A stretch of 64,000 bases of DNA, taken from assembly GCF_006345805.1 (NCBI RefSeq), contig NC_042997.1, positions 208,754,001 through 208,818,000 of the forward strand. Direction: 5' to 3'. Below the pieces are notes generated by a model that did no database searches, was not told the origin of the DNA, and saw only the letters and a list, made by a program, of their open reading frames with translations. Both the position numbers and the translations under genes were made by a program. Source of the stretch: Octopus sinensis. Taxonomy: Eukaryota. How positions within the stretch are numbered: the first letter of the stretch is position 1; each line of letters starts with the position of its first letter. Positions 59,216-64,000 of the stretch are shown here, in pieces.

Positions 59216-62200
59216 AACAACAAACAAGATGAGGACAAATATCCGTCAAATGTAAATAATGAACATAATTCCTCATTTCTTAAATATAGAGCTCTATGTC
59301 ACCCACATTGTTAATTAGATCATTCAAGGTGTAACATCCAATCACTAGCATAGCAACATAATTGTTAGCTGCTACGCAGGTGAGGGTGATGCATTGGACA
59401 GAAGCAACTATAGAGGCATCAGACTCCTGGACCAGGTGATGAAAATTACAGAGAGAGTTATTGTCCAATTAATTCAGAGCAGAATGAGGCTAGACGAAAT
59501 GCAGTTCAGCTTCGTCTGGGGAAGAAGCACCACTGACACTATTTTCACGGTCAGGAAACTGTGAGAGAAGTACTTAGCTAAAAATAAACCATTATACCTG
59601 GCATTCGTTGATCTAAAGAAAGCCTTCGACAGAATTCCCTGCTGTGCAATATGGTGGGCTCTGAGGAGACTAGGGATTGACCAGTGGCTGGTGAAAGCTG
59701 TACAGGCCATGTACAAAGACACCGTCATTAATGTGAGAGTTAACCATAAGTATAGCAAAGAATTTGGTGTACAGATAGGGGATCATCAAGGCTCAGTCCT
59801 TAGTCCCCACCTTTTCATCATTGCCCTTCAGGCCATAACAGAGGAATTCAAGAATGGCAGCACCTGGGAACTACTGTATATGCTGATGATCTTGCCCTCA
59901 TAGCAGATTCCATATCAGAGCTAGTTGAGGAATTCCAGGTGTGGAAGCAAAACCTGGAATCTAAGGCCCTTAAGGTTAACTTAGCAAAGACTAAGGTCTT
60001 AGTAAGCAAGAAAACTGTCAAGACCCTACCCCCACCTCATGTAGGTGACCCTATTTGATTTGCAGGAAAGATGCAGGCAGGAACTTCATACGGTGTACCC
60101 AATGCAAGCTATGGGCACACAAGATGTGCAGTGGAATAATAGGAATGTTATCAGAGAAGATGGTTCTCATATGCAGAAAATGCACAGGATCCATAACAAC
60201 TTTAGAGACTCAGTAAATAGATTCTCTCAAATAGCTTGGTGGCTCATTAGAGGTTGTAGATCATTTCTGCCACCTAGGGGACCAAATTCGTAGTGGGGGA
60301 GAATGCACGGAGATTGTAATAGCTAGAATAAGAATAGGATGCCAGAAATTGAGAGAGCTGCAACCTCTGTTGGCCATGAAAGGTTTCTCTCTCTGAGTGA
60401 AAGGAAGATTGCAATTCTACATGGTTGTGAGACGTGGGCCCTGAATGCAGAGGATGTGTGAAGGTTAGAAAGGAACGGGGTTTGTATACTCCACTGGATG
60501 TGTGGTGTATGTGTACATGTTTAACAGTGTGCCAGTATTTTGGGAGAGGAGTTAGGCATAAGAGGAATTAGAGGTAGAGTGCAAGAGACTGCACTGGTTT
60601 GTTCATGTGATGTGGATGGATGCTGACAGCTCCATAAAGAAGTTCGGATATCTCATAGTAGCTGGATCACGTGAAAGTGGGAGACCCAGGAAGACATAGG
60701 ATGAAGTACTGAAGATCAACTTCAGGGAGCTGAACCTTTCAGGTGAGATGACAAAGGACCAGGAGGGGTTAACGCTGATACCTTTGGTGATCTAAAGTAG
60801 TCCTGGCAGTGCCATGGAAAATGCCCATGTGGTGTCACGTAAAAGCGACCTGCACACTCTGTGAAAAGGGTTGGCATCAGGAAGAATAGAAACCATGCCA
60901 AATTAAACTGGACTGGTGCAGCTTCCAGTTTGCAAGCCCTGGTCAAACTGTCCAACCCATGCCAGCATGGACAATGGACGTTAAATAATGATGATGATGA
61001 TGTGTGTGTGTGTATGTGTGTGTGTATACAATAGGTTTCTTTCGACCAAATCCACTCATCACAAGGTCTTGGTTGGTCTGAGGCTAATGTAGAAGACACT
61101 TGCCCAAGGTGCCACGCAGAGGAATTGAACCTGGAACTGTGTGGTGGGGAAGCAAACTTCTAACAACAAAGTCATGCCATACACACACACACACACACAC
61201 ACACAGACAGACAGAGACATATGTATATATTACACACACACACACATATTATACACACACATATGTATTAAACACACACTCACATATATTACATACATGC
61301 ACACATACTTTGCCCGGTGCCACTGTATCATTCCTCTCTGCTTGCTTTCCCCGACCTGTCTGTCCTACTCACATGCCTTGACTCACTCTATTATTGACAT
61401 CTGCTAACCCCTGACCTCGGTGTTCCACCCACACATAACAAGAAAACTTTTCCCTCACCCGACCCCAACAAACCAATCTACATCCCCCACTCTCTCTCTC
61501 TCTCTCTCTCTTCTTCTCCTGCACTTCCCTCAGGTTGGGCAACCATGTATTTTCTTTGCAGTAGCACACCTGTTTCTGTTTTCATTCCTAATCTTTCTCT
61601 CTCCGGCCAGGTAACCTTGTGCTTCCTCTTCTGCAAGACACCTTTATCTGTCTCACTATAACCTTTCCATCATCACCTCCTCCAATGGCTCCCCACCCTC
61701 TTGAAGGTTTTTGCCTTGCAAGGTATTTGGTGACCCTGTCAGTGCAGATGCCACTTAAAAGCACCCAGTCCACACTGTAAAAGGGTCAGCATTTCGAAGG
61801 GCATCCAGCTGTAAAAACCTTGCCAAAATTGACCTTGCCTGTGCTTGGGCCACATAAAAAACACTAAATCCACTCTGCAGAGTTGTTGGTGTTAGGAAGG
61901 ACATCTAGCAGTAAGAATCCTGCCAAAACAGTCACCGGCTCTTGTGGTACCGTCCCACCCATGCTAGTATGGAACACGAATGTTAAATGATGATGATGAT
62001 GATGATGATATATATGCACACACACACAATATGTAGGTGAACTTCCATAAGTGTTTTTTCACCTATTTTCTTTTTTAATAGTTTTATTTAATTATATTTT
62101 AAATTAATAAACATTACATCTTGACAAGTCGTACTTGTTTCAACATTTCGTAACAGCCCCATGAAATTTGATAAAAGTGAAATAGTATTCCTATGCACAA

Positions 62201-62259
62201 CAGGTCGCATTTCTCATTTTTATCTTCAGGCCATCATACGCACGGTGGCAAAAGTATAC

Positions 62260-62310
62260 CTGAACGAAGATGTTCCAGCCGGGATCATTCTGTCGTTCTA
62301 TTCCATCCAT
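62260..62310 (-). CDS. Candidate first coding exon of an unidentified host gene (MDGIERQNDPGWNIFVQ)
   Basis: ATG at 62310-62308, 17 open codons, ends CAG|GTATAC, non-repetitive, ~270 bp from a CpG cluster. No homolog recognised. Confidence 0.3.
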
Positions 62311-62479
62311 CGGCCAGAATAGGACAACGGTGTAGTTATTTGTCCATTTAAAAAAAATTTTTATGTAAAAAGTCAGTACGACACGATTTACGAGTGAATT
62401 GGCTGCTATTTCTAGCAGGCTAGGCTACCAAATAAGTAGCAACTTTGTTTGGTTTATTGCAGCGATAGTATATAGTGGT

Positions 62480-62610
62480 GGCGATGGTGAGTGGTGGCGA
62501 TGGTGAGTGGTGGCGATGGTGAGTTGTGACTGAGGAGTGCTTCTAGCGCGCGCACACGCGCACACACACGTTTCTTAGCGCGCGGAACCTCGGAAGTAGT
62601 AGTAATTCAT
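62480..62610. promoter_or_regulatory. CpG-rich putative promoter with an ETS-like CGGAAGT
   Basis: (GTGGTGGCGATGGTGA)x3, GCGCGCGCACACGCGC, GCGCGCGGAACCTCGGAAGT (CGGAAGT at 62591-62597) in an otherwise CpG-poor window. Confidence 0.4.
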
Positions 62611-64000
62611 ACACACACACACACGTACGTACATACATGATTAAAAGTATGTAATATAATATAATATAATTCTATTCGATATCAGTCCTTGGCTGGTATT
62701 TTAGTTGACTGGGAAAGCCTGAAGGGCAAAGCTGACCATGGCAGGATCCGAAAGTCCCTAATTGCCTTTTCTACTAGTCTACCTCTTGGTACATAACGTG
62801 TCTGTGTTTAAAAATGTTACAGAGAGGCACAGAACACGAGTCTGCTGGGCGAAGGGCAAGCAATAAAATCTCCGTCTTTCTCTTTCTTGGTTACTGAAAA
62901 CAAACAGTAAACAATTTGTTTTCTGTTGACAACACGGCTGAAAGGCAAGCAGTAAAACGTCCCGCTTTCATAGTCGACCATATTTCGTTTTGTCCCTCTG
63001 TTTTGCGCTTCCTTCTCGAAAATAATAACATACTAACAAAATAACATCACTGCTCTTACTATGATTGAGAAATAACAGTAAAAAATGTGTTTTCCTTCAA
63101 CTTTATTTCTATTGACCACTTCAGACTAAGAAATGAAGGAATGCGAAATATAAGTAAATATACAATGACTCCGGCGAAAATTACCAATAATCAATTATAA
63201 ATTACACAAAAGTTTTTCTATTGTGGAAAAACAGTAAGGCATAGAGTGAATGCGTTGCATACATAGACCCTTCGCCCCTGAAGTCTTCTATTATATAATT
63301 CCAGTCACATATTAGATATAATACAGGTTAGCAGAGAAATCGAGGCTGGAAAACGAAAGGAAAATTTGATCTCGGCGAGATTTGAACTCAAAACTTGAAA
63401 TATTGAGATCCTGCAAAATAGATCACCAATCCATAAATCATTTTCCTATTTTATATCAAAATAGGAGAGAAAAAAACCTAAATACCTATTATATACATAC
63501 ATATACACACAGAAGTGTGTATGGGGTATCTGGGTAGGGTAGAACCTTTGGCAGGGTAACACTTGGTGCGCTTCGGAGTAGTTCGTCCGCTTTGGTCCTC
63601 ACCAAACACCCATCTCTCACCCGTGGCCGCTCGAAGTTGTCTGCTTACAACAGCGGCCACAACCCGAGCAGTGGCCTTCATAGGCCGACTTACACCTTGG
63701 TGAGGGTACCCAACGGCTCTCAAATCCTCGTTGAGCTACGGTTTGTCTACACAAACATATACGACATGTATGTACGTAGGTATATGAGCGTTGCTAATGT
63801 TTGTTTTTAAGTCGTTAAAGTGAAAATAATTTAACATTAAACTGAAGCATTACTCAATACTTGTTATAGAGTACATATACATTTTTTCAAGAGCAGTGGT
63901 GATAGTAACTTCGAAGTTCCAGTCTGCTAGGCTTCGTTGGACTGTCCGAAAATTCGAAATCGCTGTCGTCTTTCTTGTAGAATTTGAACCTCGCCTAGGT

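Larger units (their letters stand above)
58330..60760 (+). mobile_element. Decayed RTE LINE with two hammerhead modules inserted (58830-59300)
   Basis: VDEAIKTMKTRKAPGPSGIT; FVDLKKAFDRIP...QGSVLSPHLFIIALQAITEEFKNG..WELLY(ADD); GRPRKT. Confidence 0.88.

Noticed and set aside
62110-62170. GAAA CAAG TACGA CTTG TC hairpin on the minus strand resembling HHR stem III
   Set aside because: There is no CUGAnGA core and no stem I partner.

Overview
Eukaryotic nuclear DNA, almost certainly from an Octopus species. This is inferred from the recurring tRNA-derived SINEs, the RTE-LINE 3' tails ending in (ATG)n and the very dense TA/CA/TACA microsatellites. No intact protein-coding gene is recognisable. 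The window is intergenic or intronic and is built from decayed RTE, CR1 and Tx1 LINEs, several SINE families, Tc1/mariner and Tc2-like DNA-transposon remnants, a tRNA-Lys pseudogene, a ~1.73-kb tandem triplication and Penelope-like retroelements (PLEs). One PLE is a 5'-truncated Neptune-type element with RT and GIY-YIG domains; two fragments resemble the Naiad type. A possible minus-strand host gene (CpG-rich promoter near 62.6 kb, candidate exons) is only weakly supported. The main hidden signal is about 20 type I hammerhead-ribozyme (HHR)-like motifs from about 9 sequence families, all folded by eye. They include a family with a compensatory G3:C8 core swap, a family lacking A6, long-stem-II variants, foldback (inverted-repeat) modules and a 600-bp cluster of four HHRs at 51.1-51.7 kb. 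HHRs associated with PLEs are known in general; the specific families, core variants and clustered arrangement here are what merit follow-up. Coordinates were counted manually, so element edges are approximate unless terminal motifs are quoted.
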